Shown here: positions 6,719 to 15,653 of the stretch, piece by piece
Numbering within the stretch: position 1 is the stretch's first letter
Layout: each line of letters begins with the position of its first letter
Sequence record: OP251154.1
Reading direction: 5' to 3' (one strand)
Length of the DNA: 45,171 nt
From: Escherichia phage TR2
Made by a program: the position numbers and the translations under genes
The notes under the pieces: generated by a model
What the model was told of the DNA's origin: nothing
Seen by the model: only the letters and a program-made list of their open reading frames with translations
Databases searched by the model: none

Positions 6719-7054
6719 ATGTTTCTACTCGACGTATACAAGTTCTGCGAAGGATACAGGAACTTCAACCGCCAGCACCTGGCAAGATTCATCTACAAGC
6801 ACAAGGATTGTGCAAGGATGGCTAAGGCCGCTGGAGTTGATGAAAGGTATTTTGCATCTAGTTGCTCGAAGGAGTTTATGGCGAGAATGCTTACGGCTGG
6901 TTATCTTGATGGAGTTAATGGCGTGTACTGGTCAAAGGGTTCAGGCAAGAGGCCATTCCAGTTTGAGTTTATGAGCCTTGAAGGTAAGTCTAGTGCTTAT
7001 GTTAATGAGATGATGAATATAGCAACCATGAGTGACGAAGAATTGTTTGCATAA
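6719..7054 (+). CDS. hypothetical protein (111 aa)
   Basis: ORF track; last gene before bidirectional terminator. Confidence 0.5.
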   Translation: MFLLDVYKFCEGYRNFNRQHLARFIYKHKDCARMAKAAGVDERYFASSCSKEFMARMLTAGYLDGVNGVYWSKGSGKRPFQFEFMSLEGKSSAYVNEMMNIATMSDEELFA

Positions 7055-7082
7055 AAATAGCCCCATTACGGGGCTTTTTTGT
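7053..7082. terminator. bidirectional rho-independent terminator
   Basis: A-run, GCCCC-attac-GGGGC hairpin, T-run; between convergent genes. Confidence 0.7.
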
Positions 7083-7452
7083 TTTTCCTGAATATTACCA
7101 AAAGCAGAATGATGATGATGCACAACATAATTCCACTTCCAACCCACGGGATTGCAGAAGAATCATTGTTTGTGATTTCAATCTTCTCAGCTGTGATTGT
7201 TGACGCTTTGATTGAGTTATCAGAAGTCTTCTTACCGCTTGAGCTATCAAGAGTGTCAACATTAGAGTTCTTCAACTCAGCCTTTGCATTGGAACTTGAA
7301 TCAACCTTGTTTGTCAGACCTACGCCAACCTTATTGTTCTCCGCTCCAGCCTGGGCGCTAATCTCTGGCTTACTGCCAATCAATCCGGTCAGTGCTGATG
7401 TTGCCGAACAACCAGAAAGAAGAATTGCCGCAGCAATTAATACAGTCTTCAT
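7066..7452 (-). CDS. unimolecular spanin (T1 gp11-like)
   Basis: N-terminal lipoprotein signal with lipobox LSGC plus C-terminal transmembrane helix (IMLCIIIILLLVIF); sits downstream of the endolysin. Confidence 0.6.
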   Translation of the reverse strand: MKTVLIAAAILLSGCSATSALTGLIGSKPEISAQAGAENNKVGVGLTNKVDSSSNAKAELKNSNVDTLDSSSGKKTSDNSIKASTITAEKIEITNNDSSAIPWVGSGIMLCIIIILLLVIFRKNKKAP

Positions 7453-7934
7453 TTACCAACCCCGCTTAAGCACAATTTAATCTCCTCGTTACGCCTGTTT
7501 ACGAGACCCTTGACTACCTTCAGCTTGCCATTTATTCGAGCCTTGTTCCACATCCCGAGAGCCTTGCAACCCTGCTCAACTTTACCCTGGTTAATCAGCC
7601 GTACAGCCGTTGACTTCCTCATTGCAGAACCGCCAACGTTATAACTAAAGCTGATTAACGCCGCCCTTGTTTCTGGTGAAATTGGATAGGTAACTGCATC
7701 CTGCACATACTTACCATGAATCTTAATGTGCCTCTCCAGCAAGTTACGGCACTCCCTTGCGCTGTATACTTTACCAACAATAACATCTGGGCCAGTCACA
7801 CCAGAACAAACCGTAGGTATGCCAGCAATATCCATATATGGCCTGTACTCTACACCCTCAACAAGCTCAATAACCGGCGCTGCGATGTATATTGCCGCTG
7901 CCGTCGCTGCACTAATTATCAGCCTTTGCTTCAT
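7449..7934 (-). CDS. SAR endolysin (lysozyme-like)
   Basis: N-terminal signal-anchor MKQRLIISAATAAAIYIAAP followed by a lysozyme-like domain; position within the lysis cassette. Confidence 0.7.
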   Translation of the reverse strand: MKQRLIISAATAAAIYIAAPVIELVEGVEYRPYMDIAGIPTVCSGVTGPDVIVGKVYSARECRNLLERHIKIHGKYVQDAVTYPISPETRAALISFSYNVGGSAMRKSTAVRLINQGKVEQGCKALGMWNKARINGKLKVVKGLVNRRNEEIKLCLSGVGK

Positions 7935-8152
7935 TACTTACTCCTTATCTTGATTGCTGTTTTTAAGTCTCCTGATTCAAGTGCTCGTCGAATCGCCTGG
8001 CTATCCTTAAACTTCCAGTAAGACCCCCATAACCCAAAAACGATAAGAGCTACAAGGCTGATTATTGCGACTGTGATTTGACCAGTTGCGGCGCCAGTTA
8101 CAGCAGCCCCGCCAGTTGATGCCGTGGCGGCGTTAAGTACTTCCCTCATGTG
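7934..8152 (-). CDS. putative holin (72 aa)
   Basis: Start set at internal Met (MREVLN...) with AAAGGTGA SD; one TM helix plus charged C-terminus; overlaps endolysin start. Confidence 0.5.
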   Translation of the reverse strand, partial: HMREVLNAATASTGGAAVTGAATGQITVAIISLVALIVFGLWGSYWKFKDSQAIRRALESGDLKTAIKIRSK

Positions 8153-8222
8153 ATCACCTTTAAATCCTAATTTGTCAATAGATAGTGTAAATATAATACA
8201 GTAGGCCAGTTCGGATTGTAAG

Positions 8223-8250
8223 CACAAAAAAGGGGAGCCAAAAGGCCCCC
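8223..8250 (-). terminator. rho-independent terminator (minus strand)
   Basis: Minus-strand read GGGGGGCC-tttt-GGCTCCCC followed by T7. Confidence 0.55.
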
Positions 8251-8277
8251 CACTTGTAAAACTATGTTTTTGATGTG

Positions 8278-8451
8278 TTAATCTGCGATAATAAATTCCA
8301 CCAAAGAGCCATCAATCGGCGCAAGGATGTGAGTCATATCGTCGCCATAAATCTTGTAGTAACCGCTACCAAGATGCTCGCCGCTGTATGGCTGATTCTC
8401 AGTAAACGGAAGCGTCTTTGAGTTGTTTTTCACGCAGTATAGTTTAGTCAT
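8278..8451 (-). CDS. small hypothetical protein (57 aa)
   Basis: Manually translated MTKLYCVKNNSKTLPFTENQ...; sits between promoter cassette and terminator. Confidence 0.35.
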   Translation of the reverse strand: MTKLYCVKNNSKTLPFTENQPYSGEHLGSGYYKIYGDDMTHILAPIDGSLVEFIIAD

Positions 8452-8482
8452 TTTTGAATCCTCTGTTGTTTTCGATTTGGTG

Positions 8483-8525
8483 ATTATACCTAATTGCTGT
8501 GGCGATTGTTTAGCGATTCGTGCTA
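8483..8525 (-). promoter_or_regulatory. operator/-10 promoter cassette
   Basis: Gene-orientation TAGCAcgaatCGCTA (plus 8511-8525), 22-nt spacer, TATAAT (plus 8483-8488); operator encodes NSTNR-stop of upstream kinase. Confidence 0.55.
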
Positions 8526-9064
8526 TTTATTGCATCAATCACTTTTTCTGTAGTTATTTTAATATCACCTTCAATAACATCAATATCAATTTCCCTTGCG
8601 CAGAGGCCGCTAATGTATGACCTACTATCTCCTTCGAAAGTGTAACCAGGTCTATGAAGCCTAACCAATGTAACCTCAACACCACTTTCAATTAGTGGCT
8701 CAATTTCACTTGCAAATCCACCATCTGAACAGATGTGGCAACCATTGCCAAGAGACTGAGCTAGCCTTTTACCGAAAACTTCATCACCAAAAACTGGCTT
8801 CATCACTGATTCGCTAATCCAAATCATAAATTGACGAACAGTCATTCCACCAAGAAATTCATGTGGTGATTCTTTGTACTCTCGATCATCGTAATTCTTA
8901 ATAAATCCATCAAACTCATCGCTTGATAGCATGCTCTTAGCCACATTAAACATAGGTGATTTGAAAGAAACCTTATCCCTGCAAATTCCAAGTTTAACAA
9001 TGATATCTGCAACTGTATCTTTTCCAGCACCTGGGGGTCCATTAAGGATGATTAACTTTTTCAT
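8510..9064 (-). CDS. deoxynucleoside monophosphate kinase-like P-loop kinase
   Basis: N-terminus MKKLIILNGPPGAGKDT resembles T4 gp1 dNMP kinase; Walker A. Confidence 0.6.
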   Translation of the reverse strand: MKKLIILNGPPGAGKDTVADIIVKLGICRDKVSFKSPMFNVAKSMLSSDEFDGFIKNYDDREYKESPHEFLGGMTVRQFMIWISESVMKPVFGDEVFGKRLAQSLGNGCHICSDGGFASEIEPLIESGVEVTLVRLHRPGYTFEGDSRSYISGLCAREIDIDVIEGDIKITTEKVIDAINSTNR

Positions 9065-9113
9065 TTTATTTACTCAATTTTAATGGGGCCATTTAAAACC
9101 CCATTGATTTTAT

Positions 9114-9662
9114 TTATTTAGAATTCAGATTTTCTACACCATGAGATTTAAGGCCGCTGTGAACATTATAACCATAATCACAAACCTGATAAGTGGTTAT
9201 CCCTAGAGACCTAAAGTGATTTATTACATTCGGGCTATCATCCCAGGCCGCCGTAATTCTTTCAATCCCAATTGAATTTAAGAATTCCTCTTTAATTATC
9301 GTATCCTTCCTGTTGTCCGAAGCTGATCGCATTACCATTACGTTGTATTTGCATCCATTTTTAGTAAGCCAATCAAGTGACTCATCTAGAACATGATCAG
9401 ACCTTCCTGTTAAAATGATTATGTATGCGCCGCTATCATAAATCGAATTCATTACGCTTATCGTATCATTAAATGGAGAATCAAATCTGCTTAGTGAGTT
9501 AAACTCAATCCACGACTCGGTAAGGTGAGGGTCAGTTTTTGGGAGCTTATCAAGTCTGTGAGCCCCGTCAGAAAGCGTTCCGTCATAATCAAAAATATAA
9601 ACTGGCTTACCTTTGAAGTCATTGTTAATTGATTTTTTTATCATTGAATATAGTTGTTTCAT
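9114..9662 (-). CDS. HAD-superfamily phosphatase (nucleotidase or PNK 3'-phosphatase-like)
   Basis: HAD motif I FDYDGTL and downstream ILTGR; co-transcribed with the kinase. Confidence 0.5.
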   Translation of the reverse strand: MKQLYSMIKKSINNDFKGKPVYIFDYDGTLSDGAHRLDKLPKTDPHLTESWIEFNSLSRFDSPFNDTISVMNSIYDSGAYIIILTGRSDHVLDESLDWLTKNGCKYNVMVMRSASDNRKDTIIKEEFLNSIGIERITAAWDDSPNVINHFRSLGITTYQVCDYGYNVHSGLKSHGVENLNSK

Positions 9663-9692
9663 TTTTGTTTACCATCTCGTTTGTGTTTGATT

Positions 9693-9735
9693 AATATACC
9701 CAGATTTCTCTGGGATTTCTTAACAAAAAGTGCTA
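9693..9735 (-). promoter_or_regulatory. operator/-10 promoter cassette
   Basis: Gene-orientation TAGCActttttGTTA (plus 9721-9735), spacer with hairpin CCCAGAgaaaTCTGGG, TATATT (plus 9693-9698). Confidence 0.55.
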
Positions 9736-9739
9736 TTTA

Positions 9740-10879
9740 TTACATTCCAGGTCGATAGATATGACGACCAACCTCGCCAAACTCTTTGTGATAAACAATC
9801 GCGGCAGCCTGACGATATGAGCGCCACCCCCCTCGTGCTGCATACGCATCCTTGCTTGCTAGTGCTGGATGTACTTCGTCAATACCAAGAGTGCACTCTG
9901 TTACTGTTGCGTGGTGAAAATGCCCGGAATGGCAATAAACGAACTCGCATTCACCAAAGTCTTTCCTGTAATCAGTTGCCATAGCTGCAAGTCTACCTTC
10001 CGCTTTCTTCATTGTGTGACCATGAGTGTAGCCAAGTAGTGTTGAGCCAAATCTTGTCTTGTGCATAATCGCAGGGCTTACATCAACAAAGACACGACTC
10101 TCATTTTCATAAAATGCAGCCATCGCAGCCCGAAGCCAGATCATGCCGCTTTGGTCATGATTTCCCTCGATAATTTGAATGTCAACACTTTTATGCTTTT
10201 TAAGCATCTTTTCTACAGCGCCACGAATTGATCTAATTGCGATGTAGACTAACTTAGCGTAACGGCTATCTTGGTCAAGGCAGTGGCCACTAGCTGGAGT
10301 TACCGCCTCAAGACCATCTGAGTGGAGATAATCACCGCCAACAAGGATGACTGCCTTTTCTGAAGCTGGCGAAACTGATATTGCATGGTCAAAGTATGAG
10401 CCCATTAGTTTTTCTGCCGTTGCCGTGTCATAATTTTCACCAGACTCGTGGCGATGGGCCATCATTCCAATATGTATGTCGAAAATTGGATACAGTGTCA
10501 TTAGGTCAGGGTTTGTATCTTTGCCTGAATGCTTAACTTCCTCACACTTTGGCAACTCAGAACAGAAAGCCTCTCGCGCTTGCTCGAGCATAATTTCAAG
10601 GCGTTCATTATCAACGCTCGTCTTAACCCAGCGCAGCTTCTCATTCCCATCCGCATCAATCATGGTTGAAGTACCCTTGACTAAATAGCCGTCCGGCACT
10701 AACTTCTTGATACCATCATTGCCATGCCCAAACAAACCACTCTTAGCTAACTTACTGCGACGAAGTTCAACGTTGCGAATGTTCATGTCGTACTTCTCCG
10801 CAATCGCCTTGTTAGTCATGCCGTTTTTAAGTTCTTCGATTAGCTGATCGTTGGTAATCTTTGCTACTGTCATTTTCAA
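9740..10879 (-). CDS. calcineurin-like metallophosphoesterase with N-terminal HTH domain
   Basis: Full motif set FDIH, GDYLHSD, GNHD, GYTHGH, GHFHH; N-terminal ~60 aa look like a helix-turn-helix. Confidence 0.65.
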   Translation of the reverse strand: MKMTVAKITNDQLIEELKNGMTNKAIAEKYDMNIRNVELRRSKLAKSGLFGHGNDGIKKLVPDGYLVKGTSTMIDADGNEKLRWVKTSVDNERLEIMLEQAREAFCSELPKCEEVKHSGKDTNPDLMTLYPIFDIHIGMMAHRHESGENYDTATAEKLMGSYFDHAISVSPASEKAVILVGGDYLHSDGLEAVTPASGHCLDQDSRYAKLVYIAIRSIRGAVEKMLKKHKSVDIQIIEGNHDQSGMIWLRAAMAAFYENESRVFVDVSPAIMHKTRFGSTLLGYTHGHTMKKAEGRLAAMATDYRKDFGECEFVYCHSGHFHHATVTECTLGIDEVHPALASKDAYAARGGWRSYRQAAAIVYHKEFGEVGRHIYRPGM

Positions 10880-10954
10880 ATCCTTAGTTCATCACGATAA
10901 AATATAAGATAGTAAAGCTAAACAGTGGTACTAATACTACTAGGGCGGCGTACT

Positions 10955-11206
10955 TCATACAACCTCCTTCAGCCAGTAATCAATTAAATTCGCACTAATT
11001 GCTAATTTCTCGTCCAGGTCAGTCATGCAGAGATTGCCGCACGCTGGCGAGTAATAAATCTGAACCCACTTTCCATCCTTCGTCTTCGCATTAACATCCG
11101 CATAGTCAGGAGGAAACCAATCAGCAATAGGTATCGCCCTAAACTTAGCACCACTACTCCCACTCACCAAATCATAATGCTCAGGCTGAAAATCTAATCC
11201 AAACAT
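10955..11206 (-). CDS. hypothetical protein (83 aa)
   Basis: ORF track. Confidence 0.4.
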   Translation of the reverse strand: MFGLDFQPEHYDLVSGSSGAKFRAIPIADWFPPDYADVNAKTKDGKWVQIYYSPACGNLCMTDLDEKLAISANLIDYWLKEVV

Positions 11207-11208
11207 AA

Positions 11209-11451
11209 CTAACCCTTCGTTATCTTAAATTTGAATCCCTGCTCTTTCAGGAACTCATTTGTGTCTATCGTTACGCCAGGCTTAACCCTGACATACTTGC
11301 GCGGCCTTTCATCCATGTACGTAAATTTACCGTTGAAAATAACGCTGATATCTTTTATATCAAAATACTTAGATATCATCTTAATGTCATCCTGAAGCCC
11401 AGCCTCTGCGCAGTGGGTCCATACCGCGGCCCTTCCTGTTTCAACTATCAT
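11209..11451 (-). CDS. hypothetical protein (80 aa)
   Basis: ORF track. Confidence 0.4.
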   Translation of the reverse strand: MIVETGRAAVWTHCAEAGLQDDIKMISKYFDIKDISVIFNGKFTYMDERPRKYVRVKPGVTIDTNEFLKEQGFKFKITKG

Positions 11452-11572
11452 AAGCCGTATGCCATTTTCAGGTATTCACGAGCGCACATCCATGACCATT
11501 GTGAATTATTCTTAACAGCGTCAATCGCATAAACCTGTGCAATCTCGAACATCTCTTTATCTAAGATTTTCA

Positions 11573-11794
11573 TTATTTAAAATCCTCTGGGCAATCTTTC
11601 TTCATCTCTGCAATGTCTGCAACCATTCGGTCGCGCCACGTTTCGATATCAGTTCGCAAGTAATCTTCCTCAAAACTATAATCCAGGCAACGAGCCAAAT
11701 CCCAAACATCACCTTTATATCCAGCCTTGTGCAACTCCTGCGATGCCATTGCCTGAAATAACTCCCACTGCTTGTCAAAGGTTAAAATCGCCAT
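11573..11794 (-). CDS. hypothetical protein (73 aa)
   Basis: ORF track. Confidence 0.4.
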   Translation of the reverse strand: MAILTFDKQWELFQAMASQELHKAGYKGDVWDLARCLDYSFEEDYLRTDIETWRDRMVADIAEMKKDCPEDFK

Positions 11795-11994
11795 TACTCA
11801 GATACCTCATCAAATTTCTCGCCAAACGCGTTTTTAACAGTTTCTAAATCGTCTTTGTAAGTTGGGCTGACTTCAAATGCGTAGTTAACATCTTCAACAT
11901 CAATAAGAATATAACCATCATCTGTGATAGCAAGTGAGTATTGGTAACCGGTCTTGCGTGATTCGTAGAATTTTCCAGTATAGATAGTAGCCAT
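11794..11994 (-). CDS. hypothetical protein (66 aa)
   Basis: ORF track; first gene after a promoter cassette. Confidence 0.45.
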   Translation of the reverse strand: MATIYTGKFYESRKTGYQYSLAITDDGYILIDVEDVNYAFEVSPTYKDDLETVKNAFGEKFDEVSE

Positions 11995-12032
11995 TTTCTT
12001 TCTCTCTTCGTGTGTTTCGTTTCGATGAAGTG

Positions 12033-12075
12033 ATAATACACCACTTCATCAATTCGTCTTTAGCAATTCGTGCTA
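12033..12075 (-). promoter_or_regulatory. operator/-10 promoter cassette
   Basis: Plus 12061-12075 TAGCAattcgTGCTA; -10 TATTAT (plus 12033-12038) inside inverted repeat GATGAAGTG/CACTTCATC; leader CATCGAAACGAAA. Confidence 0.55.
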
Positions 12076-12492
12076 TTTTCTAATCATCTCTGCGAATGCA
12101 GCAAGAAAACCATCTCTGCCGTAGGCAACTCCTGCGAAACCGCCTGATTCCCTTACGCTTTTTAGGAATGACTTTTGCTCATCACTTACTGGGCTAGCCT
12201 GTGTTTTCCCAGCCCTCTTTAGCTCTATTGCGCCAAATGGATAACTTCCTCGTAATGACTCAGGTATTAGAAATAGGCAGTCTGATACGCCTTTAAGAAG
12301 TCCTTTAGCCTGGTCTTTCCTTGCCTGACCAATGCTCTTCATTGATTCATTAACTGTGTGCCAGTAAACAACCTGCGGATAGTTATACTTAACCCAATCA
12401 GAGCAAAAGATTTGTTCGTCGTCTTCCTTCGGGCATGACTTCACCGGGCCGCCATAGAACTCGAGGTAGTCAGTTTTGTCTGTAACTTTCAT
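12073..12492 (-). CDS. VRR-NUC domain nuclease
   Basis: PD-(D/E)XK-like motifs (GVSDCLFL, GAIELKRAGK, SPVSDEQKSFL); ATGA overlap with helicase stop. Confidence 0.6.
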   Translation of the reverse strand: MKVTDKTDYLEFYGGPVKSCPKEDDEQIFCSDWVKYNYPQVVYWHTVNESMKSIGQARKDQAKGLLKGVSDCLFLIPESLRGSYPFGAIELKRAGKTQASPVSDEQKSFLKSVRESGGFAGVAYGRDGFLAAFAEMIRK

Positions 12493-14483
12493 AACAATTC
12501 TCCAAAATTCTTAAAAGCGATTATATCTTTACCTTTGCCGTTTTTTCTATGTGTAACCTGCACTGGTGCGCGGAACTTATCTACGTTCGCCATAATCATT
12601 CTCGCATTGCGAAGTCTGCCAATTCTTGTGGCTTCAGCGCGATTCTCTATATGAGCAAGGCAGAAGTTCTTCCATAGCACGCTGCAAACTCGATGGTCAG
12701 ACTCGGGGTTGAAGAATTCCCATGCATTAAACCGATCTCCGTTATGAGCCATGATATTGTACTTAACAACAATTCCGGTTTGATTCTTACTTAAGCCAAC
12801 TTGAAAATCATAAACAAGAAGGTAATCACCACGACGATACATCTTACCTGTAAGGTTAGCATTGGGGTCTTTAAGCATCTCTCCGCACTCTCGACAGACC
12901 TTCGCTGCTATATCATTGCGAGTCCCGCACCCTTTTTTGATAATAGCCTTTGTCTGCAGGTCTGTAATATCTTCACAAACTGTAAAAGTAAAGAAGTGCT
13001 CACATCTCTTTCCGTCAATCTTATTTCCGCATCTACGAGCAAAAGGCGAATTCTCGTATGAGCAAATTGGGCACACTCGAACCTCTGAATCACCATTGCG
13101 TGATGACTTAAACTTCTCGGCCTGAATCTCTTCAATTATTGGATCAAAGTAAAGTTCAGCCATATCATCAAGTGCGCCAGCAAAGTCCAGGACTAAGTGG
13201 TCATCCTTTTTCATACCAATTTCAATATGTTTCTTCTTGAGAATTCGCATTCCACGACCAAGAAGCTGAATCATTAATGTCAGGCTTCCAATCTTGCGGA
13301 GTATGACACTTGTGTCCCACGGAGGCACCGAAACGCCTGTGGTTAAGCATCCAATCTGAAAAATAATCTTGTACTTTCCGGTCTGGCATTCATCTAGAAT
13401 TTCCCTTCTCTTCTTCTCACCAGTGGAATCAGTGATTATCGCGTAAGGATAACCATCGGGTAGAGCAGCAGCCGCTTCATCGCAGTGCATTTTACCAGCG
13501 CAAGTTACCAGTGCGGCGTTACGTGTTTCAAGTATTTTGATAACGAACCCCATTATCTTTTGTGTCATCGTCTGGTTTTCGTGAATCTTTGCAGCCATTG
13601 CATCCATTTCTTTTTTGCTGAAATCCTTAACGCCATCACTTCCATCAGGTGCAAACTCGCTAAGGTCATAACCCAAATCACCAACCTCACCGTAAACAGT
13701 TGGAACAACGAATCCCAAATCAACCAGGTAACTGGTCGGAACTTGCATTACCGTCTTGCGCCAGAAGCCACGAATATTTGGGTTACTAACTACAATGTGG
13801 TCGTTGTTACGATACGGGCTACCAGTCAAGCCGAATATACGGAGCTCGCGACCATACTTCTCTTTGCAGCGGCGCTTCATTTCAGTGATGATTAGTGTGT
13901 ACTGCGCACGACCAGTTCCAAGCAATCCGGTATTCACTCCATCCTTGAAAACCATTTCGCCTTTCTTGGTGCTCATTTGCTCAAATGTCTCTTCGTTCTC
14001 TTCAGCTTCTACGATATCCATGTGGTCCACCATGTGTGCCTCATCTATTGCGATAACCGCAGGAACATAGTCACCAAGACCCTTAAACAATCCATTGGCA
14101 GCCGTTCCTTCACTAGCCACTATGGTTGGGTAATAAACTGATTTAACGTTAAGGCCAGCGCAATATACGCTATTACGAATGCCAAAGCTGCGAAGTTCTT
14201 CAGCGTTCTGACTGATAATTTCAGACTGGCGAGAAAGTACCATATAAGGAAGGCCAAGTTGCTCCATGCGTTTACCAATCATGGCAATAATGATTGTCTT
14301 GCCAGCCGATACAGACAGGTCTGCGATGAACGGAGCTTCGTACTTAGCAATATTCTTGCCGATTTGGTCGAATGTCACGCACTGGAATGGATACGGCGTA
14401 ATATCTCCAAACTGATAGTCTCTCTGAATCTGCTTAATCTTTTCTTGGTCAAAGTTTGCCACTAAGCGTTCTACTGGAAGCAT
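12489..14483 (-). CDS. SF2 ATP-dependent helicase with Cys-rich zinc-ribbon insert
   Basis: Walker A SVSAGKT, DEAH box IDEAHM, Cys cluster CPICS...CGNK...CRECG. Confidence 0.8.
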   Translation of the reverse strand: MLPVERLVANFDQEKIKQIQRDYQFGDITPYPFQCVTFDQIGKNIAKYEAPFIADLSVSAGKTIIIAMIGKRMEQLGLPYMVLSRQSEIISQNAEELRSFGIRNSVYCAGLNVKSVYYPTIVASEGTAANGLFKGLGDYVPAVIAIDEAHMVDHMDIVEAEENEETFEQMSTKKGEMVFKDGVNTGLLGTGRAQYTLIITEMKRRCKEKYGRELRIFGLTGSPYRNNDHIVVSNPNIRGFWRKTVMQVPTSYLVDLGFVVPTVYGEVGDLGYDLSEFAPDGSDGVKDFSKKEMDAMAAKIHENQTMTQKIMGFVIKILETRNAALVTCAGKMHCDEAAAALPDGYPYAIITDSTGEKKRREILDECQTGKYKIIFQIGCLTTGVSVPPWDTSVILRKIGSLTLMIQLLGRGMRILKKKHIEIGMKKDDHLVLDFAGALDDMAELYFDPIIEEIQAEKFKSSRNGDSEVRVCPICSYENSPFARRCGNKIDGKRCEHFFTFTVCEDITDLQTKAIIKKGCGTRNDIAAKVCRECGEMLKDPNANLTGKMYRRGDYLLVYDFQVGLSKNQTGIVVKYNIMAHNGDRFNAWEFFNPESDHRVCSVLWKNFCLAHIENRAEATRIGRLRNARMIMANVDKFRAPVQVTHRKNGKGKDIIAFKNFGELL

Positions 14484-14524
14484 TTTAAATATCCTGATAG
14501 TTCTTTAGTTCGTTGCATTGATGT

Positions 14525-14566
14525 ATAATAACAGCCATCGAACCCATTGTTTAACAAAAAGTGCTA
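14525..14566 (-). promoter_or_regulatory. operator/-10 promoter cassette for helicase operon, inside a divergent region
   Basis: Plus 14552-14566 TAACAaaaagTGCTA; minus -10 TATTAT at plus 14525-14530 (21-nt spacer) overlaps a plus-strand TATAAT at 14524-14529. Confidence 0.5.
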
Positions 14567-14579
14567 TTGAGGTAATGAG

Positions 14580-15062
14580 ATGTGTGAAATCGACAAGCGA
14601 ACTATTAACGGCAATAACGGAACCGTGCGCACAAAAGACAAAAAGCAACGCAAACGACCATCAGGCTACTACGTATTGAAAGATGAGGTAAAGGCTGGGC
14701 TACGTGCTCGCCTGGAGATGGTTCTTGATTTCTACGGTACAAAGGCGAACATCGCAAAGCAGTTAAATGTGTCCAACCAAGCTGTATCGGAATGGTTTAA
14801 CCGCGGTATGATTTCGGCTCGAGGGGCTCAGCGAGCACATAATGCGTACAAGCGAAATAAGGAGGGATTTCGAGCTACATTCTGCCGACCAGACCTGCAA
14901 TTCGACGGAAACGGAAAACCGCTAACACTTCGATGCAAGAAGCGCCATATGCTTCGCGTAGTTACCGATGCAGAACTAGCAACAAAGCCACCCTGTCGAC
15001 CATGGCGAAAGAATAAGGCCGCTAACGAGGCAGCGCGAAAAGCTAAAGAGCAAGGGAAATAG
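14580..15062 (+). CDS. putative HTH DNA-binding protein (Cro/YdaS-like)
   Basis: HTH-like segment KANIAKQLNVSNQAVSEWFNRG; basic C-terminal half; first gene of plus operon. Confidence 0.5.
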   Translation: MCEIDKRTINGNNGTVRTKDKKQRKRPSGYYVLKDEVKAGLRARLEMVLDFYGTKANIAKQLNVSNQAVSEWFNRGMISARGAQRAHNAYKRNKEGFRATFCRPDLQFDGNGKPLTLRCKKRHMLRVVTDAELATKPPCRPWRKNKAANEAARKAKEQGK

Positions 15063-15102
15063 CACGAATTGATAAACAGTGGCGCTATACATTGTGTATA
15101 GT
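15060..15102 (+). promoter_or_regulatory. operator/-10 promoter cassette
   Basis: TAGCAcgaatTGATA at 15060-15074, 22-nt spacer, TATAGT at 15097-15102. Confidence 0.55.
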
Positions 15103-15128
15103 GCCTTTATTGTTTATGGAGGGTGTAT

Positions 15129-15653
15129 ATGAAAGTTAATGATTTCGTTTATGTTGACGATGAATTTAAATTAAGATGGAAGAGTCGAGGTGCCGAACTC
15201 TTTAAAACAGATAGGTCATCAAAGATCTGGAATAGTAGGTTTGCAGGCAAGAAATGTGGATACATTAGGGATGACGGTTATCTTTCTTTTGAGTTCAAAG
15301 GACGAGCATACAGAAATCACAGGGTGATATGGGAGATTGTAACTGGTAATGAAATAGGTGATAACATGGAGATCGATCATATAGATCATAATACAACAAA
15401 CAACAATATTGAAAACCTTAGAGTTGTTGACAGGAAAGAGAATTGCAAAAATCAACCCATGATGCCCCACAACTCAAGTGGATTCACAGGTGTTTACTGG
15501 TGGTCAACGAGAAACAAATGGAGAGCCCGCATTGAATGTGATGGCAAGGTGAAAACAAAATCATTTGAAGACTTTAATGATGCTGTCGAGTGGAGAAAAG
15601 AAATGAACATAAATCTTGGCTTTCACAAGAATCATGGGGATAAGAAAAAATGA
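15129..15653 (+). CDS. HNH homing endonuclease with AP2 domain
   Basis: HNH motif IDHIDHN...IENLRVV and AP2-like SGFTGVYW...W.A.I; start set at ATG 15129 after GGAGGG. Confidence 0.8.
   Translation: MKVNDFVYVDDEFKLRWKSRGAELFKTDRSSKIWNSRFAGKKCGYIRDDGYLSFEFKGRAYRNHRVIWEIVTGNEIGDNMEIDHIDHNTTNNNIENLRVVDRKENCKNQPMMPHNSSGFTGVYWWSTRNKWRARIECDGKVKTKSFEDFNDAVEWRKEMNINLGFHKNHGDKKK

Noticed and set aside
7079-7480. 133-aa plus-strand ORF opposite the spanin gene
   Set aside because: Fully antisense to the lipobox/TM-containing spanin ORF, which has the better functional signature.
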